A DNA stretch of 64,000 nucleotides, from positions 12,307-76,306 of the forward strand of contig JBAOHC010000027.1 of assembly GCA_037046735.1 (NCBI GenBank). Direction: 5' to 3'. Under the pieces are notes generated by a model. It did no database searches, was not told the origin of the DNA, and worked only from the letters and a program-made list of their open reading frames with translations. This stretch comes from Candidatus Nanopelagicales bacterium. Lineage in GTDB: Bacteria; Actinomycetota; Actinomycetes; S36-B12; UBA10799. Below are positions 47,900 to 55,491 of the stretch, in pieces. Position 1 is the first letter of the stretch; every line of letters starts with the position of its first letter. Made by a program: the position numbers and the translations under genes.

Positions 47900-48954
47900 T
47901 CGCCCCGATGCTCGCCAAGGCGGTCGGCGACAAGGTGCCCGACGGCCCAGGCCTGCTCTACGAACCGAAGTGGGACGGCTTCCGCTGCATCGTATTCCGC
48001 GGCGAGACAGTGGTGCTGCAGAGCCGCAAGGAGGAGGACTTCTCGTATCTGTTCCCGGAGGTCGTGGCGGCCTGTGAACGCCTGCCTGCCGGCACCACCC
48101 TGGATGGCGAGCTGGTCATCGTCGGCGAGTCGGGCCTGGAGTTCGACTTGTTGAGCAACCGCATCCGGCCCCGCTCGGAGGCCGGCGGGTGGAAGATCAC
48201 CTCCCTATCCGAGGCAACCCCCGCGCAGTTCGTGGCATTCGACTGCCTCGAGTTCGGCGGGGACGACATCAGTCAGCAACCGTTCGCCGACCGTCGGCGC
48301 GTCCTGGAGGGCATCGATCTGCCCGCCGGCATGCACCTGACACCGATCACCGACGATCCGCAGGTGGCCCGGGACTGGTTCAGCCTCTTCGAAGGTGCTG
48401 GGCTCGACGGCGTGGTGTGCAAACCCGCCGATGCGCAGTACACCCCCGGAAAACGCACCATGCTGAAGGTCAAACACGTGCGCACCGCTGACGTGGTGGT
48501 GGCCGGGTGGCGACCCTACAAGAATGCCGCGCCCGACCGTTCCGCGATGGTTGGCGCACTGCTGCTCGGGCTCTATGACGAGGACGGGATGCTGCACAAC
48601 GTGGGGGCCGCGGGGTCGTTCACCCGTGAGGTGCGGATGGCCCTGGCCAAGGAGCTGGCCGCGATCGAGATCGGTCCCGACGACGACCATCCGTGGAAGT
48701 GGGGTGCGGACGGCCAGCGCGTGCCCGGGATGGTGTCGCGCTGGTCCGGCAAGAAGGACATGGGTTTTCGGCCGCTGCAACCGGTGCTCGTCGCCGAGGT
48801 CAAGTACGACCACATGCAGGGTGACCGGTTCCGGCATGTGGCGTCCTTCGTGCGGTGGCGTCCGGACCGTGAACCGAGCAGTTGCACCTACGAGCAACTC
48901 GACCGACCTGTCCGCTTCGACGTGGCAGCGGTCCTCGCCGGGGAGGTGCGCTGA
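47896..48954 (+). CDS. ligC: ATP-dependent DNA ligase (LigC-type)
   Basis: YEPKWDGFRC adenylation motif I (KxDG). Start at ATG 47896, overlapping the upstream stop (ATGA). Confidence 0.9.
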   Translation: MIAPMLAKAVGDKVPDGPGLLYEPKWDGFRCIVFRGETVVLQSRKEEDFSYLFPEVVAACERLPAGTTLDGELVIVGESGLEFDLLSNRIRPRSEAGGWKITSLSEATPAQFVAFDCLEFGGDDISQQPFADRRRVLEGIDLPAGMHLTPITDDPQVARDWFSLFEGAGLDGVVCKPADAQYTPGKRTMLKVKHVRTADVVVAGWRPYKNAAPDRSAMVGALLLGLYDEDGMLHNVGAAGSFTREVRMALAKELAAIEIGPDDDHPWKWGADGQRVPGMVSRWSGKKDMGFRPLQPVLVAEVKYDHMQGDRFRHVASFVRWRPDREPSSCTYEQLDRPVRFDVAAVLAGEVR

Positions 48955-50030
48955 TGGCGACCAAGGAGACCTTCATCGAGGTCGGTGGGCGGGAGGTGCG
49001 GGTGTCCAACCCGGACAAGGTCTACTTCCCTGAGCACGGTTACACGAAGCTGCAGGTGGTCCAGTACTACGCGCAGGTGTCGGAGCTGATGCTCACGTAC
49101 GTGGTTGACCGGCCAACGGCGCTGGAACGCTGGCCCGACGGGGTGCTGCCCGGTGTGACGATGGCCCAGCGTGGCCGGCGGGTGAACCCGGGCGAGGCGT
49201 TCTACCAGAAGCGCATTCCGAAACACGCGCCCGACTGGATCAAGAGCGCCCAGATCGCCTTCCCGTCGGGCCGTACCGCCGATGAGATCACTCCCACGGA
49301 GCCGGCGGTGATTGCTTGGTGCGCCAACCTGGGCACCATCGTGTTCCATCCGTGGGCGGTGACCGCACCTGACGTGGACCACCCAGATGAGTTGCGCCTG
49401 GATCTGGACCCGCAACCTGGCACCGACTTCCGCGACGCGGTCGAAGCAGCATGGGTGATGCGCGAGATCCTCGAGGAACTGGGGATGACCGGATGGCCGA
49501 AGACGTCCGGGGGCAGGGGTCTGCACGTGTTCATCCCCATCGAGGCGCGCTGGGACTTCATCGATGTGCGCCACGCCGCGATCGCCATCGGCAGGGAAAT
49601 GGCACGTCGCGTGCCGGACCTGGTGACCGTCGAATGGTGGAAGGAGAACCGCGGGGAACGCATCTTCCTGGACTACAACCAGAACGCCCGGGACCGCACC
49701 ATCGCGAGCGCGTTTTCGGTGCGGCCACGGCCCAACGCGCCGGTGTCCACTCCCCTGCGCTGGGACGAGCTGGAGGGCACCGAACCTGGCGATTGGACGA
49801 TCGCCACTGTTCCCGATCGGGTGGCAGATCTGGGTGACGTGCATGCCGAACGCTGGGGTCAGGCCTTCGATCTCACGCCTGCTCTCGAGCTGTACGACGG
49901 CGATGAGATGCCCTATCCGCCTGACTATCCGAAGATGCCCGGCGAACCGAAGCGGGTGCAGCCGAGCCGGAATACCGATCTGACTAGGGGAAATGCTGGA
50001 AAGGGTGGGCTGGACCGTGCGGAGGATTGA
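48954..50030 (+). CDS. LigD-type polymerase/primase (Prim-Pol) domain protein
   Basis: MATKETFIEVGGREVRVSNPDKVYFPE N-terminus, GRGLHVFIP motif, C-terminal YPKMPGEPKRVQPSR. Its ATG overlaps the ligC stop by 1 nt (TGATG). Confidence 0.9.
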   Translation: MATKETFIEVGGREVRVSNPDKVYFPEHGYTKLQVVQYYAQVSELMLTYVVDRPTALERWPDGVLPGVTMAQRGRRVNPGEAFYQKRIPKHAPDWIKSAQIAFPSGRTADEITPTEPAVIAWCANLGTIVFHPWAVTAPDVDHPDELRLDLDPQPGTDFRDAVEAAWVMREILEELGMTGWPKTSGGRGLHVFIPIEARWDFIDVRHAAIAIGREMARRVPDLVTVEWWKENRGERIFLDYNQNARDRTIASAFSVRPRPNAPVSTPLRWDELEGTEPGDWTIATVPDRVADLGDVHAERWGQAFDLTPALELYDGDEMPYPPDYPKMPGEPKRVQPSRNTDLTRGNAGKGGLDRAED

Positions 50031-50033
50031 CGC
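49929..50033 (+). repeat. direct repeat copy 1 (authentic 3' end of the LigD-pol gene)
   Basis: This 105-nt segment recurs at 51351-51455 (90/105 identical, ungapped, hand alignment). Its first 42 nt recur at 51082-51123 (40/42). Confidence 0.85.
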
Positions 50034-50240
50034 ACAGCGCAAGCTCGCCGGAATACCTTCCGTCGCTCGCGCATGATGCCCTTGGAGATCGCCGTCGGGT
50101 CGGTCTTCTCACCGCGTCAAACGTCCTCTTGACAAAATGAGAAATCCCTTTGAGACGTGGAGGCACTTGCCGCCGAAAGGGTGCTGGAGTTGGGTGATGT
50201 CATCAGCCACGTCCGGACTGGAGTACGACCGCAGCCCTGC

Positions 50241-50612
50241 CTACTCTCCGATGAAGGGCAGTACCCGCACCCGCTGTCGACCCGGCTCTAGCGTGATCAA
50301 GGCTCCTGATTCCAGCTCGCTGGCCATCTGCGCGACGGTTGAGATCAGCATCGGCGCCAACGCCTCAGGCCGCAGATCACCACCGCGAAGCTGGACGACG
50401 CTCGGGCCGGCGGCGCCCGATGAGGCCAGCATGGAACCGAAGTCCAGGTCATTGGTCAAAACGACAGCGTCGCGGTGCCTGGCAGTCTGCATGATCACCA
50501 CGTCGGCATCCGTTGCTTCACCGATTTCCGACCAATGCTCGGCATCCAACCCGGCGTCGCGCAGCCAATCAGCCCAGCGTGGAGAAAGGTTCATGTCAAC
50601 GATGAACCTCAT
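50241..50612 (-). CDS. DUF5615 PIN-like putative toxin
   Basis: MRFIVDMNLSPRWADWLRDAGLDAEHW...VVLTNDLDFGSML. ATGA overlap with the upstream DUF433 gene. Confidence 0.75.
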   Translation of the reverse strand: MRFIVDMNLSPRWADWLRDAGLDAEHWSEIGEATDADVVIMQTARHRDAVVLTNDLDFGSMLASSGAAGPSVVQLRGGDLRPEALAPMLISTVAQMASELESGALITLEPGRQRVRVLPFIGE

Positions 50613-50839
50613 GCAGTTTCGAGCTCGATCTCCCGCTCCTCGGCCAGCCAGGCGGCGTACCGGAGTGCCTGAAGAACGTCTTCACGCTCAAGGTAGGGGT
50701 AGTCGGACAGCAGACCGTCGATTGTCACTCCCGAACCGATCTGCCCCACGATCATGCCCACCGTCACCCTCATCCCGCGGATGCAGGGACGCCCGCCCAT
50801 GACCGCAGGATCACGGGTGATCCGATCCAACGTCGCCAT
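50609..50839 (-). CDS. DUF433 putative antitoxin
   Basis: Start at ATG 50839, after a GGGAGG RBS. ITRDPAVMGGRPCIRGMRVTVGMIV...DYPYLEREDVLQALRYAA. Confidence 0.8.
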   Translation of the reverse strand: MATLDRITRDPAVMGGRPCIRGMRVTVGMIVGQIGSGVTIDGLLSDYPYLEREDVLQALRYAAWLAEEREIELETA

Positions 50840-51008
50840 GTGAGCCTCCCTTTGGTGTAGCGGTGCAAGTCTACGGCCATGTGCAATTCCCCGGCTGTCC
50901 GCGAGAGCGTTCTGTGAACCTCGTGAGCATAGGCCAGGAATCGCTCCGACCACAATCCGTTAAGTCTTCAAGCAGTGTGCTCCGGCATCGAAGAAACCAA
51001 GGTCGCGG

Positions 51009-51123
51009 ATTCGCCGGAATATCTCGTCACACCTCGCACCCCACTCCCCTTCGTGACGCACACGGTTACCCCATGAACACTCCGAAGATGCCCGGCGAGC
51101 CGAAACGGGTGCAGCCGAGCCGG
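51009..51123 (+). repeat. direct repeat copy 2 (73-nt module plus truncated LigD-pol 3' end remnant)
   Basis: 51009-51081 aligns with 51278-51350 (62/73). 51082-51123 aligns with 49929-49970. The remnant stays open in the LigD frame (GFAGISRHTSHPTPLRDAHGYPMNTPKMPGEPKRVQPSRARD-stop). Confidence 0.8.
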
Positions 51124-51277
51124 GCGCGGGACTGAGTCCATGCTGATCGCCGCGCTAGGTGACGTTGTGCAGTTGGGTGGGGTTCGTCGCAGCCTGAGCG
51201 TCAACCAACTACCCGAACGCCATCCAACGCGACGACCCGCGACTACATCGGCATCGCTCGCGCGGGGTGCCACGACG

Positions 51278-51455
51278 ATTCGCCGGAATATCTTGTCGCA
51301 CAGCGCACCCCCCTCCCCCTCACGACGCACACCGTCACCCCGTGAACACTCCGAAGATGCCTGGCGAACCGAAGCGCGTGCAACCGAGCAGGAATACGGA
51401 TCTGACCAGGGGAAATGCTGAATAGGATGGGCGGGGCAAAGCGGAGGACTGACGC
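51278..51455 (+). repeat. direct repeat copy 3 (73-nt module plus full-length LigD-pol 3' end remnant)
   Basis: See copies 1 and 2. The remnant reads FAGISCRTAHPPPPHDAHRHPVNTPKMPGEPKRVQPSRNTDLTRGNAE-stop and ends 3 nt before the stop of the channel gene. Confidence 0.8.
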
Positions 51456-51458
51456 CGG

Positions 51459-52262
51459 TCAATTCTGGCCAGATTCGCCGGCCCGCTGCTGGATGGTCTG
51501 GTTGAGCCTCGAAACCGTTTCCCGCAGTTCAGCCACCTCGGTGCGTAGGGCCTGCGCATCTTCAGCGGTCAAAGCGGAGCCTTCGGCGGAGTTGCTCTTC
51601 TCGTCACCGAGAATCCAGGCGACGAGTTTGGCAGTGAACATACTCGCAGCCAGGATGCCGCAGACGCTGACGACCACACCCAGGAACTTTCCGTCCGGCG
51701 TGGTGGGCGCGAAGTCCGTCCCAGTCTCGATGTGCAGCAGACTGCCGAAAGCCCAAGCGAAGGCGTCCCCGGGTCCATGGATGCCGGAAGACTCCTGATT
51801 GTTCTCCAACTCCACCATCGTCAGCCCGGACATGACGCCCACGAACACGATCAGGACGAAGGAGAACGTGAAGCCGTCGCCCGCAGACAGTTGCCGCAAC
51901 TCCAGAATGAAGGCTACGACGATCAAGATGAACCAGACCGGATCCCAGAAGAGGATCAGGAACAGCGGCGCGATGAGCAGCATCGGTAGCGCCGGACGGC
52001 GCAGGACGAACGCGAGTCGACCGGTTTGGCCGCGCACCTGCCGGATCCACATGATCAGGAGCCAGACCCATAGGACCGCCACTATGGCGTTCAGAATCCG
52101 CACCGTCGAAGGACCCCAGTGGCCGAAGCCGGCGAGGATGATCGTCAGGCAGTAGACGGATATGAAGGCAAGGCGCGCGATCGCAGGCCAGGACTCCGAC
52201 AGCGGCGGGCGTCGAGCTGGCTCTATCTCAGCCGCCACGGGCATCTCTTCTGCCGAGGACAT
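51459..52262 (-). CDS. ion-channel family protein (K-channel-like pore with non-canonical filter) with C-terminal coiled coil
   Basis: About 5-6 TM helices. The pore region is GDAFAWAFGSLLHIETGTDFAPTTPDGKFLGVVVSVCGIL. The C-terminal LTAEDAQALRTEVAELRETVSRLNQTIQQ is coiled-coil-like. Hand-sampled GC is lower (52-60%). Confidence 0.65.
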   Translation of the reverse strand: MSSAEEMPVAAEIEPARRPPLSESWPAIARLAFISVYCLTIILAGFGHWGPSTVRILNAIVAVLWVWLLIMWIRQVRGQTGRLAFVLRRPALPMLLIAPLFLILFWDPVWFILIVVAFILELRQLSAGDGFTFSFVLIVFVGVMSGLTMVELENNQESSGIHGPGDAFAWAFGSLLHIETGTDFAPTTPDGKFLGVVVSVCGILAASMFTAKLVAWILGDEKSNSAEGSALTAEDAQALRTEVAELRETVSRLNQTIQQRAGESGQN

Positions 52263-52319
52263 GCCGGCGAGCCTATCGGGTGGGAAGGTCAGGGTCGTGC
52301 CGGTCGCTGCCGCCGAAGG

Positions 52320-53249
52320 TCAGTCCGAAATGGACCCGGGTTCCATTGCGGGCTCGAGGTCACCTGCCAGGCCGTCAGCGAACAGATCGACCACACCCGC
52401 CGGCCGGCCGGCCATGTCGTGCATACTCAGCCACAGCATGTTCGGGCTCATGCGCGACCAGAAGTAGTAGTCGAGATTGGTGAGGTCCACAGCGCTGATC
52501 CAACGCGTCGGATAGATGTCGCCCTCCGGATAGGGCGCCCCAAAGGGCTTGGCCACGGTGGAAAGGACCTGAAACACCTCAGCGACGGTCTCGCGATTGT
52601 CCGCGGGCTCGGGAAGGTAGTGGTGGAAGTACGAGGCTCGAACGAACCTGTCCAGCGACGTGATGTCCCCGGGTGGTGGCAGTTCACCGCCGAACGGGCG
52701 GTACTTCGACCGGTTGGCGAGATGTTCGTCCAGGCTGGGTGAGTTCGTCATGATCTGGTGCTGGTGGCCGTGGTGAACCACCATGCGCCCGTTGACCGGC
52801 TCCACGATCGCTGAGTCGCCGGAGGCGTCCTCCAGTGCGAGGTGGACCCCGAGGTGAAGACCCTCCAGGAGCGACGGTGTAACCCGCATACCAGCCAGAC
52901 CCTCGACCGCCTCGGCAACGGTGCCGAACAGGTCCAGCGCGAAGTTGACCCAGCGCAGCGTCGACAGCACAGGACGGTCATCCGGTGGTTCGTACACAGC
53001 CGAGGTGTACATCAGCGCGTGTGCGCCTAGGCCATGGTCGTTCATGCCGTCCACGGCAGCGTCCTGCCACTCAGCGATGGTGAGGCTCGCGTACTTCGAT
53101 GTCCACGTCCAATCGCGGTCGGGGTGGGCCTTCCGGACCTGCCCGGCGGGTAACCACCACAGGTGAGGCACGTCCAGGAAACTGGCATCAAGGGTCCTGC
53201 CCGCCACCTTGGCCGTGCTGTTCTCGCAGCAGAACACGCGGGTGCACAT
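52320..53249 (-). CDS. linear amide C-N hydrolase, choloylglycine hydrolase/penicillin V acylase family (Ntn)
   Basis: Starts MCTR (Cys2 nucleophile after Met removal) and has no signal peptide. 309 aa. Confidence 0.75.
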   Translation of the reverse strand: MCTRVFCCENSTAKVAGRTLDASFLDVPHLWWLPAGQVRKAHPDRDWTWTSKYASLTIAEWQDAAVDGMNDHGLGAHALMYTSAVYEPPDDRPVLSTLRWVNFALDLFGTVAEAVEGLAGMRVTPSLLEGLHLGVHLALEDASGDSAIVEPVNGRMVVHHGHQHQIMTNSPSLDEHLANRSKYRPFGGELPPPGDITSLDRFVRASYFHHYLPEPADNRETVAEVFQVLSTVAKPFGAPYPEGDIYPTRWISAVDLTNLDYYFWSRMSPNMLWLSMHDMAGRPAGVVDLFADGLAGDLEPAMEPGSISD

Positions 53250-53446
53250 GACCTGAGGCTAAAGCCTGCGACCAGCGTGGGGCGGGGCGAACTCGCCCCT
53301 CGCCCGCGCGAGGCACACTGTCGTCGCTGAACTCTGACAATATGCCGCCGCATTGAGCGTCTTCGACAACGCCCAGCGGGCTTACGATGGTCATGTAGCG
53401 GGTGGGGGGCCGGCGCCCGTCCGACACCTCCCCGTGGGGGTGTGTG

Positions 53447-55231
53447 ATGTTGGGGATCAGAAGGAAACTCGCCGTCGTAGCAGGGGTGTCGCTGGTCGGG
53501 TCAGTGCTGATGGCACCGGGCGTTGCGGCACCAACAACGGGTCGCCTCGCCGGTTGGGGCTACAACGCCTTCGGCCAGCTGGGCGACCGCACCACCAACG
53601 ACTCAAGCGTGCCCGTGACCGTCGACGTGGCCGGTCACCTGACTGGCAAGCGATTGGCTGCCATCTCAGCTGGTCGCAACCACTCCTGCGCCATAGCCGA
53701 CGGGGCTGCATACTGCTGGGGAGCCAACGACGAAAGCCAACTGGGCACCGGCAACACAAGCCTGTCGTCGACGCCTGTCCCGGTGGACACCTCAAGTGGG
53801 CTGCAGGGCAAGACCGTTACCGCCATCAGCGCTGGCCGGCGGCATTCCTGCGCGGTGGCTGACGGCAGCGCGTATTGCTGGGGCGACAACGGCTTCCTGC
53901 AGCTGGGCACGGAAAGCCCTGCCGCTTCCACGGTTCCCGTTGCGGTCTATCCGGGGGGCGTCCTCGCAGGCAAGACAGTTACTGCGATCAGCGGCTTGTA
54001 TTACCACTCGTGTGTCCTGGCCGATGGACAGCCGTACTGCTGGGGCGAGAACGACCGGGGCCAGTTGGGCGATGGCACCAGTGGTCCTGGATCGCGCGTC
54101 CCTGTGTCCGTGGTGCTGTCGGGCGCCTTGGCGGGGAAGACCGTGACCGCTATCGGCACTGGGCGTGACCACACCTGTGCCCTCGCGCAGGGTCGTGCGT
54201 ACTGCTGGGGAGACAACAGCGTCGGCCAGTTGGGGACTGCCGGTTCTGGATCGCCAGAGCCGGTACCAGTGGCAACCGGTGTGCTGGCAGGCAAGTCGGT
54301 CTCGGACCTGAGTGTCGGCCAGAATCACACCTGCGTTCTCGCCGACGGCAACGTCTACTGCTGGGGCGACAACAGTGAGGGGCAGTTGGGCAACCCCACC
54401 GGCGGCCCCTTCGCAGCCGCGCCATTGCCCGTCGACACCAGTGGCGTCTTGGCGGCCAAGACCGTCACAGCAGTCGATGCGGGCTATGGCCACACGTGCG
54501 CCGTGGCCGACGGTCAGGCCTACTGCTGGGGTAGTAACGCACTCGGGAAGTTGGGCAACAACACCACAGCCAACTCGGCGATCGCTGTCGCGGTGGATAC
54601 CAGTGGCGCACTGAGTCGCGGCCGGGTGCGTGCGGTCGATGCCGGCGGGAACCACTCCCTGGCGCTGTTCGCGACCCCGCCTTCAGCTCCCACCGGCGTG
54701 ACCGGGGTGGCTGCCAACGGGCACGTGTCGGTCAGTTGGCAGCAGCCCGCCGATGACGGCGGATCCCCCATTGAGGACTACACCGCCACTGCCAGCCCCG
54801 GTGGGGCCACGTGCACCACAAGCGGCTCGTCGTGCATCGTGTCCGGGCTGCTCAACGGCACGGCCTACACCTTCACCGTGGTGGCGCGAAACGAGATCGG
54901 CACGTCGCTGGGGTCGCTGGCCTCCGCTCCTGTCACGCCCACCGCGCCGCAGAGCTTCAGCAAACCCACGGGCCCCAGCAAACCCAAGGGCCTCAGAGTC
55001 TCGCTGCACAGGGGCATGGCGAAACTCACCTGGAAGCCCAGCACCGGGGCCACTGCCTATCGCGTGAGGATCTCCAAGGCCGGCGGCAAGAAGTACAAAG
55101 CCTGGAACACCACTACCAAGCGCGTGATCAAGGTACATGTGACCAAGGGACGCAAGTACCGCTTTCAGGTCGCGGCGCTGGGACCGCTTGGCCCCGGACC
55201 GGCGGCCACGATCCGCTTCCGGGGCAGGTGA
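53447..55231 (+). CDS. secreted RCC1-repeat beta-propeller protein with two C-terminal FN3-like domains
   Basis: Signal peptide MLGIRRKLAVVAGVSLVGSVLMAPGVAA. About 7 repeats of the YCWG.N..GQLG type. FN3: PPSAPTGVTGVAANGHVSVSWQQPADDGGSPIEDY. Confidence 0.8.
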   Translation: MLGIRRKLAVVAGVSLVGSVLMAPGVAAPTTGRLAGWGYNAFGQLGDRTTNDSSVPVTVDVAGHLTGKRLAAISAGRNHSCAIADGAAYCWGANDESQLGTGNTSLSSTPVPVDTSSGLQGKTVTAISAGRRHSCAVADGSAYCWGDNGFLQLGTESPAASTVPVAVYPGGVLAGKTVTAISGLYYHSCVLADGQPYCWGENDRGQLGDGTSGPGSRVPVSVVLSGALAGKTVTAIGTGRDHTCALAQGRAYCWGDNSVGQLGTAGSGSPEPVPVATGVLAGKSVSDLSVGQNHTCVLADGNVYCWGDNSEGQLGNPTGGPFAAAPLPVDTSGVLAAKTVTAVDAGYGHTCAVADGQAYCWGSNALGKLGNNTTANSAIAVAVDTSGALSRGRVRAVDAGGNHSLALFATPPSAPTGVTGVAANGHVSVSWQQPADDGGSPIEDYTATASPGGATCTTSGSSCIVSGLLNGTAYTFTVVARNEIGTSLGSLASAPVTPTAPQSFSKPTGPSKPKGLRVSLHRGMAKLTWKPSTGATAYRVRISKAGGKKYKAWNTTTKRVIKVHVTKGRKYRFQVAALGPLGPGPAATIRFRGR

Positions 55232-55355
55232 CGGCTGGTAGCCGCTCCCCAGGTCGTCGCTACGAGCCGGCTTGCCATGGGGCCAGCCCAAAGGGGCCCC
55301 GGTCCGGCTGGCATACGGTAGCTTCCGCAGGCCGTCGCGGATTGGCTGGCCGCAA

Positions 55356-55414
55356 GATTGGGCACTTGGTGCTGCGACACGCCGCGCGCAATCGCGCCTT
55401 GTGCCCATTTGCTG
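55356..55414 (+). repeat. 59-nt structured intergenic repeat, copy B
   Basis: gattgggcacttggtgctgcgacacgccgcgcgcaatcgcgccttgtgcccatttgctg. 50/59 identical to the reverse complement of 12131-12189. Followed by the GC hairpin gggcgg/ccgccc. Confidence 0.6.
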
Positions 55415-55491
55415 GCGGGCGGCCGGGCAGTTCTCGCCGCCCGAGGCTGCGGGCCGCCAGGATCGCGTCGGAGAGTCAACGAGGGCAATGC

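Noticed and set aside
50137-50802. 221-aa plus-strand ORF covering the TA cassette.
   Set aside because: It is antisense to the DUF433/DUF5615 pair, which has an RBS, an ATGA overlap and family motifs. The plus-strand translation is Ser/Arg/Pro-rich with no motif.
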